Assembly (NCBI GenBank): GCA_013239625.1
Contig: MU053881.1
Location: 6,471,957 to 6,535,956 of the forward strand
DNA: 64,000 nucleotides
Direction of reading: 5' to 3'
Source of the DNA: Lama guanicoe
Lineage: Eukaryota
The notes under the pieces were generated by a model. It worked only from the letters and a program-made list of their open reading frames with translations. It ran no database searches and was not told the origin of the DNA. A program made the translations under genes and the position numbers. Below are positions 1 through 14,050 of the stretch, in pieces (position 1 is the stretch's first letter; every line of letters starts with the position of its first letter).

Positions 1-511
1 CTAACCTTCAATTGGAAGTGATTAATCTACCATGTGATGACATCCTAAAAGGCAAATACCAAGCTTTAACAGAATTCAATACATGCCTTCTAAATGATGA
101 GTATGCTTAATTAAAATCTTATGCTCATGGATTGGCATCAATATTAGGCATTACCTATCTGCATGCGTGAGAAGGCATTTTCAAAGATGAAACTGGTAAG
201 GTCTCACTACAGATCAGTATTAACATATGATCATTTGCAATCAATGCTAACGATAAGAAACCCTCTGAACCCCAATTAAGCAAAATGTTATCCCCAAAAG
301 AATAATTCCATCCTTTTCATTAGTAGACTTAATTACAAAAAAAAAAACAACTCGATTATCACGTTAAATTTTATCAATAAACTTTGTGGAAATTTTGTTT
401 TTTCTCTTCATATAGACATACTTACAGAACATCTTTGATTTTGCCTCTTGGCCCACAGAGTCTGAATTATTTACCATCTGGCCCTTTACAGAAAAAGTTT
501 GCCAATCTATG
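1..511 (+). mobile_element. hAT-Charlie (Charlie1-like) DNA transposon 3' part with decayed transposase C-terminus
   Basis: Translates NLQLEVINLPCDDILKGKYQ...GITYL/EKAFSKMKLVRSHYRSVLTYDHLQSML (hAT dimerisation region); ends in the Charlie-type terminus ggccctttacagaaaaagtttgcc. Confidence 0.8.
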
Positions 512-3039
512 CCACATAGAGCCTATAGTCTCTTACTGCAGCGCATATAGCTCTTTATTTACACCTATGTCTCCCCAACTAAACTATGCATTACTTTAAT
601 GTATGTACATAAAGCAGGTAGGTAGTAAACAATGCCTGGTTTTACATTTAAATATTTGCTAAATGACTGCTGAATAAATGGCTATGAATCTCTAAAAGGG
701 AGGCAGGCAAGAAATAGTTAGCATTCCTCTGATTCATTCCTTCACGTTTCAGAGTTAATTACATCCTGTCTCTCCCACCTAGACTTTTTTTTTCAATTCC
801 AACTTTCTAAAAATGTAACTTCTGCCACTGGTAGAAGATACAAAAAGGGGCCAAGAGGAATCAAGAAACTATTTTGATTCATGCCTATTTCCACCTCCTG
901 GGCTCTCCCCTAAATTTGCTCTCCAGGTTTTCCAATTCTTTGACAGTGAAATAAACTAGAGTAAAAAGACACGTGATAATGCCTATCAGTTATTAACCTG
1001 CATTGCTAACCTAGATGCATTCATTAACACTGACATATACCTACTGATCTTTCATCGTTAATTGCTGTTATCAAATACTTACTGTTCCTTGTTCTAACAA
1101 AAGTTGACACTTGCTGAGACATTCTGGGCTGTCAATAAGTTCCAGGAGTGCTTTCTCAGCCTCTATTCTTTGTGTAAGATCAGTCCCTATGTAGAGATGA
1201 GTACATAATACTTCCAATTCAGCCAAACTCTTGAGAAGAAAAAAAAATTCACATTTTACTTGAGTGAAAAAAAGAAGGTAAATATATTAATCACAGGAAA
1301 CAAGGGATACAAATATCGTACCTGTATTCATCATTTCAATAAATGTTTACTGCGCTACCACTACTTACTAGGGGTCACAGTGGTGAATCAAAAAAGGCAA
1401 CTCTCCTACCTCTAAATTATTTATATTAATTGTTCTGTGATTGAAAAGTAAGAGTATAGAAAAAGGAGGACTTGCCTAATCCAAGGGGTTAGAAAAGACT
1501 TGCCTGAAGTAGAAACATTTATGCTCACCTGAAAGGGTAAGCATAAGAAAAAGACTAGACAGCAGTCCAGGCAAAGAAACAGAATTTACCAGGGCCCAGA
1601 ATGGAGCTTAATCATTTCAAGACATCAGTCAGTCAGTGTGATTGGTAAAAAGACAGCAAGGAGATGCCAAATTAAGCTAAAGAGAAGGGTGGGAGGAATT
1701 ATCAAGTGCAAGTTGCAGATGTTATTCCAGTTTACATTCTTTTTCAGATAGTAAGAACTTCTGTGGTTCCGTCTATAAAAAAGAAAAGATATAAATATAC
1801 GTTTATGTGGGTCTTCTAAACCAATGCCTCATAATACTGCAGGTGAACTATGTCACAATTTTCAGGAACTATGACTTGACCTATGTTGCGTATAGCAATG
1901 TAATAACTAGCTATCATGTTGCAGGCTCCTATTTCATGGACACAAAGAATAACCCATTCTATTTATAAATATAATTTCATCTGAAGATATAGGATACATG
2001 GATAAAATCTGAACATTTTAAAATGAGTTCAGTACTCCTCTTGGCTTTTAAGAATTTTTGTTAAAGGCATCTTTACTAAAACAAACTATTTCAGTTTGAA
2101 GTTAGAGAATTTCTCTTTGGAGGACAAAAAAAAAACTGGTACAGATTTCGATGTCAAGTGGGCATTATGATGGTAATGCGATACTCATAAAGAAATGATA
2201 TTTTTTAGCCTTTCTGGCCTCAATTTTTATGTGGCAGCCTTACAGCTGTACTAGTCTGAACATTTCCTCAAATGCAAATAGCCCTTTGCCTAATAGGAAC
2301 ACGTAAGAAACACTGCAAGAGATCTCCTCTAGCTCCCTTTATTCTTTTCACTTCTCTCTCCTTCTTAGCTTCTTTATGGCATTTGCCACTTTTCTATCCA
2401 CGTCAGAGCCCAACATTGGAGACTAGCGAATTTTCTGCTAGAGTGAACATAAAAGCACAAAAGAAAGGTTTCAAATGGATAAATTAAGATAAAGGACCTC
2501 AGATGAGCCACATTTTAAACATTTCCTTCACCTAGGTTGGCCCAACAAGCCCTCAGAGTGCTACTACAAACTGCTCATAATATTAAAATGCATAGAAAAT
2601 TTATTGTTCATGAATACATATGAATTCCCACATTTTCTCCAAGAGTAAGAAACACAGAAATGAAAAGAGCTACCTTTTTCTCTCTCATAACTTGTGATCA
2701 ACCTCAGAGGTCTTTTCCTTCAATCTAATAAATGTGAAGGGCTGAATTTTGGAGCTGATAGTACCCAGAATAATTTAATGATAAACTGATCCTGCTGTCA
2801 TGCATTTATCTAGGTCTAACAGTCTCTGAAGTAGATTCTGTGTACGAAAGGAACAAGGCCAGAAATAGTGACAAGACCTACCTCTTTAAAAACAAAAGGC
2901 AGCAAAAAAGTGAGACTGACAACAGTGTCTACCTCATAGGTTTGTGAGAGGATTAAGTCAGGGCCATACAACTTCTGGCACACGGTATACACTGCAAAGA
3001 CTAGTTGTTTATTATCAGTGTTACCCAATAATAACATCG

Positions 3040-3500
3040 CAATGGGTGGAACTACATCCCCCTAAACGATATATGCAACTCCCAACCTCCAGTACCTTTG
3101 AATGTTACCTAATTTGGAAATACGGTTTCTGCAAATCCTTAAATTAAGGATCTAGGGATGAGATCATCCTGGACTTAGAGTGGGCTCTAAATCTAATGAT
3201 TCATGAGAGGGACATCTGAGATCAGGGACACAAGGGAGAAGGTCATAGGAAGAAGGCAAAAAGACTAGGGTAACGCATCCACAAGCCAAGGAACGTCAAG
3301 GACTACCAGCAGCTATCAGAAACTAGGGACAACACAGGGAACAGTTTCTCCCTCGAGGTCTTTATTTAACAAGAGACCAACCCTGTCAGCACATTAGTTT
3401 CAGATTTCTGGCCTCCATAACGATCAAAGAATAAATTTCTGTTGTTTTAACCCACCCAGTTTGTGGTAATTTGTCACAACAGCCCCAGGAAACCAAAACA
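3040..3500 (+). mobile_element. MaLR solo LTR (MLT1-type)
   Basis: Typical MLT1 motifs: gatgagatcatcctgga, aataaatttctgttgttttaa, gtttgtggtaatttgt. Confidence 0.8.
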
Positions 3501-4449
3501 AACATTAATATTAATCAGTTCAATGGTACCTTATGTAAATCTATTTGAAATGATTCTGGAAAAGGTTTGGAAATTTTTTGTCTGTTTTGCCATACTGATT
3601 TAAGAGACCTCAATACAGAACAAGTCTGGAGTATATTTAAATACTGTTTATGTCAACAATGTTACCAATTACTCTTTTCCCCAAAGGTATTTTAAATTAT
3701 TAACCACTGAAAGATAGTGCAAGATGAAAAAGGGAGAAGTTTGAATTTTCTCTTAAGATTAAAACAATATTCTTTCACTGTAGTGACAATTAAACAAATG
3801 CCTGTCATACTAAATCATTTTAGAGAAAAGGATACATTCACAAAGATCTTTACCCTGTTGAAAAGCATTATGTAAACATTTCACACAGTTAAACTCACAA
3901 TGTGATGACTGCTGAGCGACCAGTCAAACTTCTGATTAGTATTTGATTTTCCAGAGAATCTTTCCAGAGACTTTCTTTTTCATGGTGAATTGATAAATTT
4001 GCATCTTAGTTGATACTTACTTTGGAAATGGGGTTTACGAAAATCCTTAAATGAGATCATCCTGGACATACATATACATTAATGTCTGAGAATATGTGAG
4101 CATAGAATGTTTCAGAGAAATGGATACCTTCTCAATTTGTTGGCAAATCAGTCATGAGTTATTGAAGCTTCTAAAAGGCTTCATGTGAACATCAGAAGAC
4201 CATGTAACAGGTAGAACAAGTAAAACTGGACATCACCTAACTCCTGTGGATTAACTATTAAACATAAACAGACAGCACCCAACTTCCATAGCCCAGGAGA
4301 CAATGACATAATCCTGCCTACAGCCTAAATAAGGATCATCCAAGTTACTTTGGACTCATTTCTGGCCTTTGTATTTGACACACAACTCCTAAATGATGTG
4401 ACTTCTTTCTATACAGTACTTCCCACACATGTATCTATCGACAGGTAAA

Positions 4450-4745
4450 TGCTTAGTAAAAGAAGCAAGACAAAAGAGTATATATTGTATAGTTCTATAG
4501 TGGAAGAAAGCAGATCAGTGATTTCTAGCTGGGATGGGAAGAAAGAGTGGGAGAGGAGGATGGGGGAGCAGCAAGGTGGGATTACAAAGGGGCATAAAGA
4601 AACTTTTGGGGGTGATAGGTTATGTTCACTATCTAAATTTCAGTGAGTTTCACAGGTATATACTTATGTCAAAATTCATCCAGCTGCACATTTTAAATAT
4701 GTGTAGTTTATTATTTGTCAATTTTACCTCACGAAAGTTGAAAAA
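4450..4745 (+). mobile_element. Old L1 3' UTR fragment
   Basis: gaaacttttgggggtgatagg...atgtcaaaattcatccagctgcacattttaaatatgtg is a typical L1M 3'-end motif. Confidence 0.65.
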
Positions 4746-5577
4746 GAATTTTTGTTCTGGGGAAAAATATCCCCTAATAGCACAACAATAAATAGATGAA
4801 CCACAAAAATCCTATCTCAATTAAATTTAAACTATTGTTGATTACTTCCCTATTATCTTTCTTGCCTTCTGGAATTAAACCTCTTGACTACCATTAGTAG
4901 AAAATGCCTTCATCCTGAATTTACTCATTTCCCACAAATTCTTTGTTTTTCCCTCCCTTTTTACTACCTTTTCCTGAGCATATCTGAAGGCTTATTCCTG
5001 GGTCTCTTAGAACTCTTCCTTCTACAATGAACTGGATAGTATTCGTTTTAGTGCTTTATAGTTTACAAAAGTACTTCCATTTTCTATTTTTTTAAACAAA
5101 TCCTAAAAAAGAAGACTCCTGTGAAGCACATATTTTAGCACACCCATTTTACAGACAAAAAAAAACTGAGGCTGAGAGATCAAATATACATATGTTGCTC
5201 AAGATCTCACATAAGAGTAAATGGTCAACTTTGAGCTAAATCCAAATCTACAGGCCCCAAGTACATGTTGTCTCTCACCATCCTGCCATCTTGCCACCCT
5301 TTATTTCAGTCGTCATCTACCTGCAGATGATGTCCTAGTCCATATTTTCAACCTTGTCTGTTCACCACCTTTACATTCACTTACAAATGTCTTCTTGGAA
5401 AGCCAGAGAGATGTTGAAAACAGCCCTAAAATGTCAGAAACGGAATTGAACATACTTTCCCCAGATTTCCACATCAAGTGTCCCTTTGTTCTCAATGGTT
5501 TCAAAGATTTAGAACAGAACCTAGATTTACAATCTTGATGTTATCTTTGGCTCTTCCTTCTCCTTAGTCCCTCCAGT

Positions 5578-6240
5578 ATAGTTAAGAGTTTGGCCTTCCC
5601 CAAAGAAACAGTCTTTGCCAGACTGTCCAGGTTCCAGGAGGTAATCTATAATCTACGTCTCTGACAGGAGGGTTTTTGCTTAGGGCAGAGGAGTGCCAGA
5701 GGGGAGAGGGGGATGCAGCTGGTCATACCCTACAGTCTTAAACTGGTGGGTGGCCACACCAGAAAGACCAACCATGTGTTTTAGGGTGGGGACTTTGGAT
5801 CACATGGTGTCATTTGACCTAAAGACTGAGATCAATCATATGGCAAATCAACCAGTCAATCATGACCACCTGAAGAAGCCCCAATAAAAACCGCAGAACT
5901 CAAAGCTCAAGTGAGCTTCTCTGTGTGCAATACTCAGTGCATACTGCCACACACACATGCTGGGAGAGTAACATGTCCTTCAGACAACAAAAGCTTTGTT
6001 TTGAACCCTCCCAGACTCTGCCCTATGTACCTGTCTTTACTCAATTTTAATCTGTGTACTTTCCTGATAACCTAATAAACTGCAACCATGAGTATGATAG
6101 CTTTCAATGAATTCTGTGAGTTCTTCTGCTAAATTATCAAACCTGAGGGTGGTAAGGGGAAACTCCCAAATATGCAGTTGGTATTAGAAGTGAGGGCAGT
6201 CTTGTGAACTGTGCTCTCAAGCCTCACTGTTTGGCTAATT
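5578..6240 (+). mobile_element. ERV solo LTR (MER21-like)
   Basis: aataaactgcaaccatgagtat...ttctgtgagttcttct...aaattatcaaacctgagggtgg...gaagtgaggg is a MER21-family 3' motif. Confidence 0.65.
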
Positions 6241-7402
6241 TCAAGTCTATACCGAATTTGTCATAAAGACCTGCGAATCCTTTTAAAATAAAGTCCTACC
6301 TCTATATGATATTCATAGACAGCAGAGCCATAGTACAGTATTTCCTAACTGTGGCCTACAGTGCTCTGGATTTCTTTAGGGGCTTCTTTGGGAATGAGAG
6401 TGGAAGCTCTGGAATCCATCCAATTACTTATTAAGTGACCTCAAGCAAACTATTTAAACTTTCTAAACCTCACTTTTGAAATTACAGCTAGTAATACCCA
6501 CCTCACAAAACAACTGTGAAGATTAAGACAAAAAAGATGACAGAAAGCTTAACCCAGTGCCTGGCACATAGCAGATCAACACAAATAATCTCTTCAGTTA
6601 ATTATAAAACACTGTATTGGTCTTCTGTGTATAATTTCTCCCATTCAAATCCATAATGCCAGCATCCTCCCCAGACCTCCTTCTCGTCATGTTACCATCA
6701 TGCTCAAATAGTTCACAATCACATCTAGATAAAATCAGGTAGCCTGGCTGGGTATTAAGAAGCATGGCTATAGTTCCAGGTTCTGGAAAAATCCTGAAAG
6801 CAAAAAACAATCACCCACTGTATCTCCTAAATTTTTCCTAATGCTGTCTCTCAATTCTCTTTAAACTCTCCATGTTACATCTAAAGAGCCTACCTCTTAC
6901 TTGTTCCCCCAAATATCTTTCTTCAATCTGTCCCCTGTCCCCTAACCTGGACTGTCTCCTCTCAGATAATCCAGATCCATTTCTTCCTCTACAACAGAGT
7001 ACGCTGACCCACAGCTTCCTAACTAGAATGCATGTGCCTTGAATAGGTTATAGGTATGTCTGGGATATTGATGCCCTTGCCCTCTGGCCAGTCAGGCTTT
7101 TGGTTATGAGCAGTTTATATCAATGAACCACACAATTACCGTTTCTTATGTTTACCATGTGAAAAATACTGTGGAGCAATGACATAACCTGCCCTTACAC
7201 AAATCCGTTTCTTTACTCATAATAATGACGTAATTTTTTTTTTTTACTAACTACCCTGTTGGGTAGATAACAGTTAAGATATTGGTATGAAAGAATATGG
7301 AATTATGAGTTATTAGAACTACTCTTAATTCTGTACCCTTGAGCAAGTCACAATCGTTCTAAGGTTCAGTGTCTTTGGGAATAAAATGTAGATATACGCA
7401 CA

Positions 7403-7751
7403 TACAGTGAGGCGACTGGTTCCAGGACCCCTGGCAGATATCAAAACCCAAGGATGCTCAAGTCCCTTATATAAAATGGCATAATATTTGCCTATCTACA
7501 ACCTATGTACATCTTCACTATACATTTTTTCCCCATATACATTAAATCAACTCTAGATTACTTACAATGCCTAATACAATGCACATGATATGTAAATAGC
7601 TGTAAATTCAACGTAAAAGCTATGTAAATAGTTGCCAGTGTGCAGCAAATTCAAGTTTTTTAGAACTTTCTGGAATTAAAAAAATATATATTTTCAATCC
7701 ACATTTGGTCAGATTCACAGATGCGAAACGCGTGGATACAGAAAGCCAATC

Positions 7752-7754
<3 letters not shown>
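7403..7754. mobile_element. TcMar-Tigger MITE (MER2-like)
   Basis: ggttccaggacccc...ggatgctcaagtcccttatataaaatggc...gtggatacag; TA flanks. Confidence 0.75.

Positions 7755-7755
<1 letters not shown>

Positions 7756-7783
<28 letters not shown>
7756..7783. repeat. (TA)n microsatellite
   Basis: Perfect TA run at the end of the Tigger element. Confidence 0.95.
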
Positions 7784-7786
<3 letters not shown>

Positions 7787-8881
7787 AAGCTAGCAGCAGG
7801 GTTCAAAATCTACAACAAGCATGCGCAAACTCAAATATGTTAGGTACCAGTTACCATCAGTAACAAAGGCTGCTTGAGTTAACTGGGTAACAATATGATC
7901 CCACAGGCTGAAAACAATTCAAACTGAGAAGGTTCAGAGTTTTTTTTCTGGCTCCTCAAACTGTCAGATCTTTTATTTGTCCAGCTCTACTTTTAAGCTG
8001 CCCAGAGCTGCCATGAAATATATTCCTGGGAAACCAATTTGGGTAGTTTTGGCAGTAGCAGCTAATTTTTCCAACACTACCTAAGCATGACAAAGTCTTC
8101 CAGGACCAGAAGATTTACTAGTACACATCATCCTTCCAAGTCTGAAAACATTCCAAACTTTCACCATCCTTTTTAATTCACCCTCAAGATTTACTGAACT
8201 ATGAACATCTGTTTACCTATTTACAATCCCTAAGTCCTCCCTGTGCGATTCTTCCTGTGAAGATTTCTCAAAGGGCATACTAAAATGGTAATAAATAGTA
8301 TTATTTTGACCTGGAGACGCATAGAAATGACAAGGAGTCAAAAGGTAATGTGTCAGGCTCACAACCTCCTGAGCTGTCAATTACCTGACAGGAGTGGCTG
8401 GTTGAAAAGAAAAAGACCTTTTGGAAGACTTGGTAAGTAATGGGTCACTGTAGTCACAGAGGGTCCAAAGAAATCTATAAAGGGATGTGACACTTAGATA
8501 CACTGTCATATTATGAAATTGCTTACCTCTCCAAAGTCATCTCCTGTCATCCAGTCTCTCCTACTCCCTTCCCTTTTATATGGACCCTAGGCTCCAGCCA
8601 GACTGAACTTCCTGCTGTGCGCCACGGTATTCCTTAATTCTTTGCCTTGGATCACACTCCCTTTTGCCTCTATACCCATTCCCTTCTTCTTCGTCTGGCC
8701 AACTTCTACAATTATTTCAAGATCCACTAGACTGCAAGTTCCCTGAGTGTACAAGTCATAAAGTTTTGCTAGAGCAGTATCTTAAGTGCCTAGCAAAATA
8801 GGAAGTAAATAAATAAGTGGATGAACGGAAGCTCAAAAAAGCTTGCCTGAGAAGCATAGCAACTCTGCCTCACTCCTTCCC

Positions 8882-8882
<1 letters not shown>

Positions 8883-8924
<42 letters not shown>
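8883..8924. repeat. (CA)n microsatellite
   Basis: Perfect AC run of about 20 units. Confidence 0.95.
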
Positions 8925-8926
<2 letters not shown>

Positions 8927-9179
8927 TTAACTACTACTTTTCAATGTTCCCCCTGATATCCTGTGATTAACTGTGTATCACTTTTCACATGTACCGCAAT
9001 TGTCCGTGAATTCCATGAGGGCAAGGATGGATAAGATGATGTAATCCCTTACCCCAGAACTTTGCACAGTGCTTGGTAGGGGGAGGGGGTACTCTCTATA
9101 ATTATGTCTGTTGAATGAATAACTAGATGCATATGCCATAGTGCCCGAGAATACGTGAGCCTTCTTCCTCAAGAATCCC

Positions 9180-10110
9180 ATCCGGACCATCTCTGCGCTC
9201 CTAGCGCGCGCGCCTTGCTCCCGTTTCTTCCTCCAATCAGGCTGCAGCCGAGCCCTCCTTCGCAACTCCCTATAGATACAGCCCTGGCCCGCTCTGGCCA
9301 ATTAAAGTCCAACTGCTGCGCTGCTCCTTCGGCAGACCCATGCCCCATCTCGAGCCCCTGAGTGTGTAGAGGCTGACCACGGAGCCGCGGACGGCGGCGC
9401 GGCGGGAAGGCTGGTCCTGCCCGGCTCCCACCTGCCTGGGAGCCGCCAAAGCCGCCCTGGACGCCGCGCGGCAGCGCCGGGGAGGGCAGGCTCCCGCGCC
9501 GCTGGTCCTCAACATCCGCACCTCCCCCGAGGGACGAGCTCCTAGCCTGGCTCCTGCCCCTCCACCCGCCACTCCCGAGCTCGGGCCGCCCCTTCCCCGG
9601 GCCCGGGCTCGGGCCCAGGGTGTGCAGCCCAGGCCAGTGCCCGGGGCCGGGGGCCGGGGGCTGGGGCTCCGGGGCTCCGGGCCGCCCACCCTTGGCCCCG
9701 CGGCCTCCGCCGCTGGCTCGGCCCTCAGTCTCCAGACCCCAGCGTCCCGCAGGGTTCCCGGGGCGGCAGAGCGGGGATCCCGCGGCGCAGAGCGCACTGA
9801 CCTGGAAGTGCAGCGCCATCTTCCCGGGAGGCGGCGCCCGTCGGCGCCCCGAGCGCCCGAGGGGAGGGAGCGTAGGCGGGCGCCGCGGAAGCCCCAGCCG
9901 CCCGCGGGGTCCCGGCGCCGCGCGCTCGCCTGCTAGTCGCCTCAGCCGCGCGCGGCCTCAGCGTTCGAAGCTCCGGACAGGGCGGGGCCGGGGGCGGGGC
10001 GGGGCGACGGAGGAGGCGGCGCGCGCAGAGCGGCCCGAGAGGGGTGGGGCTTGGAGTCTCAACCGCCCCTCGCGCTCAAGTTTTAACCGCCCGTGGCTAC
10101 CTCAGGTGAG
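9180..10110. promoter_or_regulatory. CpG island / RANBP17 promoter with tandem GC boxes
   Basis: Very high GC and CpG density; repeated GGGCGG (Sp/KLF) boxes at about 9979-10005, just upstream of the RANBP17 ATG on the minus strand. Confidence 0.9.
9802..9819 (-). CDS. RANBP17: RANBP17 first coding exon (MALHFQ); intron 1 continues past position 1
   Basis: ATG at 9819 in strong Kozak context (GGGAAGATGG) inside a CpG island. ATG GCG CTG CAC TTC CAG is followed by donor GTCAGT. MALHFQ is the RANBP17 N-terminus as I recall it, and RANBP17 is the known same-strand neighbour downstream of GABRP. Confidence 0.93.
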
Positions 10111-10599
10111 TCGAGACCTCTGACCTCTGTCCTTTGACACAACCATGACAACCCAACTGTCAGGCAGGACTCCTGACTCTCACATCTCCCGCAGACTCTC
10201 TTGACTTCTAACCCTTACAGCACAACTATTGCCTGTGGCTTCTGACTTCCCCATCTCCACAACTTTTCTTGTCCCCTGACACCCACTTGCCCTGGTAATC
10301 AGCCGTAACCTTTGACCCCTACGTGCCAACTGCAGTTTTTGACCCTTGACTCCCAGAATCCAACTTCCACTCTTTTCAAACTTTATTTTGGTCAAAATTA
10401 AACTGACACTATCTACATGTTGTTAAGTTGTAAAATTTTACTCCACCTCTTCTTGTCTCTATTTCGTTTAAAGGGAACTTATATTTCACTGTAAATGATT
10501 CCATTGCAGTGAGAATTTATTTGAGAAGTAGGTCAAAGTCACTCCTTTCTGGTGCTCTTCACTTCCTCTTGAAGTTTGACACTTCTAGATGAGGTCATT

Positions 10600-13500
10600 G
10601 TACTTAAGTGTGAAAAAATTCATGTAAATACTTCTTACAGTTCAGGTTTACTAGTGACAAATTCTCTCGGCTTTTGTTAACATGAAAATGTCTTTATTTC
10701 ATGTACATTTTTAAGGATAGTTTTGCTGGGTATAGAATTCCATTTTGGCTTTTTACAATTTTTTTTTGCATTTTAAAAATGTCTTTCCTTTGATTTCTGG
10801 TTACCATCGTTTCTGTTCAAAAGTTAGCCATCAGATTGTTGCTTCTTTGAAGGTAATGTGTCTCAGCCTCCTGCCTCTTCTACTTAAAAAGTTTTTTCTT
10901 TCTTTTTGGTTTTCAGCAGTTTGAATGTGATGTAGTTGTGTGAGTGTGCATGTGATCCTTCTTGGGATTCATAAGGCTTTTTAAATATGAAATCTGATGT
11001 TTTTCACAATGTTTGAGAATTCCCAGTCAGTATTTCTTTAAATATTGCTTCTGTCCCTTTCTCTCTCTCTTCTCCCTCTAGAACTCCAATTTCATGTATA
11101 TTAAACCTTTTAGAGTTTTCCATATGTCTCTTATACTCTTTTCTGCATTTTTGGCCTCTTTCCTCATTGTGCTTTAATGTCTATATTTTTACCAACCTTT
11201 CACCCAATTCAGTAAAACTCTGTTCTTTTATGTCTGAGCTGCTTTACAACCCCTCTGCTGAATTCTTAATTTTAGTTATAATATTTTCAGTTCCATAATT
11301 TTCATTTGTCTCCTCCCCTTCCATTCTTTGAATAGATTTCAAGACTCTGGTGAAATTCTTTATCTTTCCTTTATTTTCTTGAACATTTTAATCATCTTAT
11401 TTAAAGCTCCTATCTGATAACTTCAATACCTGAATCAGCTCCTGGGTTTTAGTATTTGATCCTATTTTTTCAAGTGTGCCTCAAAATTTCTTACTAAATG
11501 TCAGCCAGTGTGGAAGAAAAACTATAGAGGTTCTAGATAACAGATTTCTCCAAAGATGTTTTATTGTTGTTGTTATTTGTTTGTTTGTTTTTAACTGTAG
11601 TAGGCACATAGAATACCAGTGGATCACTTCAATCTAGTTGAAGCATGGCTTTATGCTCTTAAACTCAGGTTTATTTCAGTTTTACCCATATTCCTCGGTT
11701 CTGATCCCTAATAGATCTTACAACTAAAAGCCTGAGATGTTTACTCAAGCCACGCTATTGGCTTGAACTCTAATCCCTGTCTCCCCAACACTGTGCAGCT
11801 GCTGAAATCTCTGTTCAACTCTTTAGATGCTCCTGTTCTGCTGTTTCTTTTTTTTAAATTTTTTTTTATTGAGATATAGTCAGTTTACAATGTTGTGTCA
11901 ATTTCTGGTGTACAGCATAATGTTTCAGTTGTACATATATTCCTTTTCATAATTCTTCACTATAGGTTACAACAAGATATTGAATATAGTTTTCTCTGCT
12001 ATGCATTATAAACTTGTTGTTCATCTATTTGACATACAGTGGTTAGTATCTGCAAATCTCAAACTCTGAATTTCTCTCTTCCCACCCCTTTCCCACCCTG
12101 GTAACCATAAGTTTATTTTCTATGTCTGTGAATCTATTTCTGTTTTCTAGGTAAGTTTATTTGTGTCTTTCTTTTTTAAGGTTCCACATATGAATGATAT
12201 CATATGATATTTTTCTTTCTCTTTCTGGCTTACTTCACTTAGAATGATGATCTCCAGGTCCAGCCATGTTGCTGCAAATGGTATTATTTTATTCTTTTTA
12301 TGGTTAAGTAGTATTCCATTGTATAAATATACCATAACTTCTTTATCCAGTCATCTGTCAATGGACATTTATGTTGTTTCCATATCTTGACTATTGTAAA
12401 TAGTGCTACTATGAACATTGGGGTGCATGTATCTCTTCCGATTAGAGTTCCCTCCAGATATATGCCCAGGAGTGGGGTTGCTGGATCATATGGTAAGTCT
12501 ATTTTTAGTTTTTTGAGGAATCTCCATACTGTTTTCCATAGTGGATGCACCAAACTATATTCCCACCAACAGTGTTGGAGTGTTTCCTTTTCTCCACACC
12601 CTCTCCAGCATTTATCATTTGTGGGCTTTTGAATGATGGCCATTCTGACTGGTGTGAGGTGATACCTTGTTGTAGTTTTGATTTGCATTTCTCTGGTAAT
12701 TAGTGATATTGAGCATTTTTTTCATGTGCCTGTTGGCCACTTGCCACTTGTATGTCTTCATTGGAGAATTGTTTGTTTAGGTCTTCTGCCCATTTTTTGG
12801 ATTGGGTTGTTTGTTATTAAGTTGTATGAGCTGTTTATACATTCTGGAAATTAAGCCTTTGTCAGTCACATCATCTGAAAATATTTTCTGTCATTCTGTA
12901 GGTTGTTGTTTTGTTTTGCTTATGGTTTCCTTTGCTGTGCAAAAGCTGATAAGTTTAATTAGGTCTCATTTGTTTATTTTGGCTTTTATTTCTATTGCTT
13001 GGGTAGACTGCCTAGGAGAACATTGCTAAGATTTATGTCAGAAAATGTCTTGCCTATGTTTTCTTATAGGAGGTTTATAGTATCTTGTCTTATGTTTAAG
13101 TCTTTAAGCCATTTTGAGTCTATTTTTGTGTATAGTGTGAGGGAGTGTTCTAACTTCACTGATTTACATGTGGCTGTCCAGTTTTCCCAACACCACTTGC
13201 TGAAGAGACTGTCATTTCTCCATTTTATATTCTTATTTCCTTTGTCAAAAATTAATTGGCTATAAATCTGTAGGTTTATTTCTGGGCTCTCTATTCTGTT
13301 CCATTGATCCATATGTCTGTTTTTGTGCCAAAACTATGCTGTTTTGATTATTGTAGCTCTGTAGTATTGTCTGAAGTCTGGGAGGGCTATTCCTCCAGCT
13401 TCATTATTTTTTTTCAGTATTGCTTTGGCAATTCTGGGTCTTTTGTGATTTCATATAAATTTTAGGATTATTTGTTCTAGTTCTGAAAATGTCCTGAGTA

Positions 13501-14050
13501 ATTTGATAGGGATCTCATTAAATCTGTAGATTGCTTTGGGTAGTATGACCACTTTTACAATATTAATTCTTCCAATCCAAGAGCATGGAATATCTTTCTA
13601 TTTCTTTAAATCACCTTGAATTTCCTTAATCAATGTTTTGTAGTTCTCCATGTATGTCTTTCACCTCCTTGGTCAGATTTATTCTTAAGTACTTTTTTTT
13701 TTGGATGCAATTTTAAAAAGGATTGCTTCTTTACTTTCCTTTTCTGATATTTCACTGTTCTCCTGAGTTTCTTAAAGTCACTCTTTGTACCTGTACATCT
13801 TAAAAACTGACTGATGATTTGAGGGAAATCTGTACACAGATTTTGGGGCTCACATCTCTGCAGTTTGCTACTGTTTAGAATTTTGTCCCTCAAATCCCAG
13901 CTGCTTTTGTTCCCAAACTCCCATGTCTGCTCCTAGTCTGGGGGGTGGGGGTGTGGTGGGCAGAGAGGGCTGAGGAGAAGCTGAGGTGAATGTGGATCTT
14001 GCCCTAGGTGCTCTCATGCTCTCAAGGATTGAAGCTGATCAAGTCCTGCC
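10600..14050 (-). mobile_element. Old degenerate L1 fragment, interrupted by a younger L1 at about 11846-13755
   Basis: T-rich antisense L1 ORF1/5' region motifs on both sides of the younger insert. Confidence 0.6.
11846..13755 (-). mobile_element. Younger 5'-truncated LINE-1 (ORF2 C-terminus, 3' UTR, poly-A)
   Basis: ORFs [13 protein letters not shown]... and [19 protein letters not shown]...[17 protein letters not shown] (ORF2 Cys-rich end); T-tail at about 11846-11870. Confidence 0.95.

Noticed and set aside
8978..10123. Long overlapping ORFs (104-216 aa) across the CpG island
   Set aside because: Expected artefact of stop-codon scarcity in GC-rich DNA. Only the first six codons of 9169..9819 are real (RANBP17 exon 1); the rest is intron.
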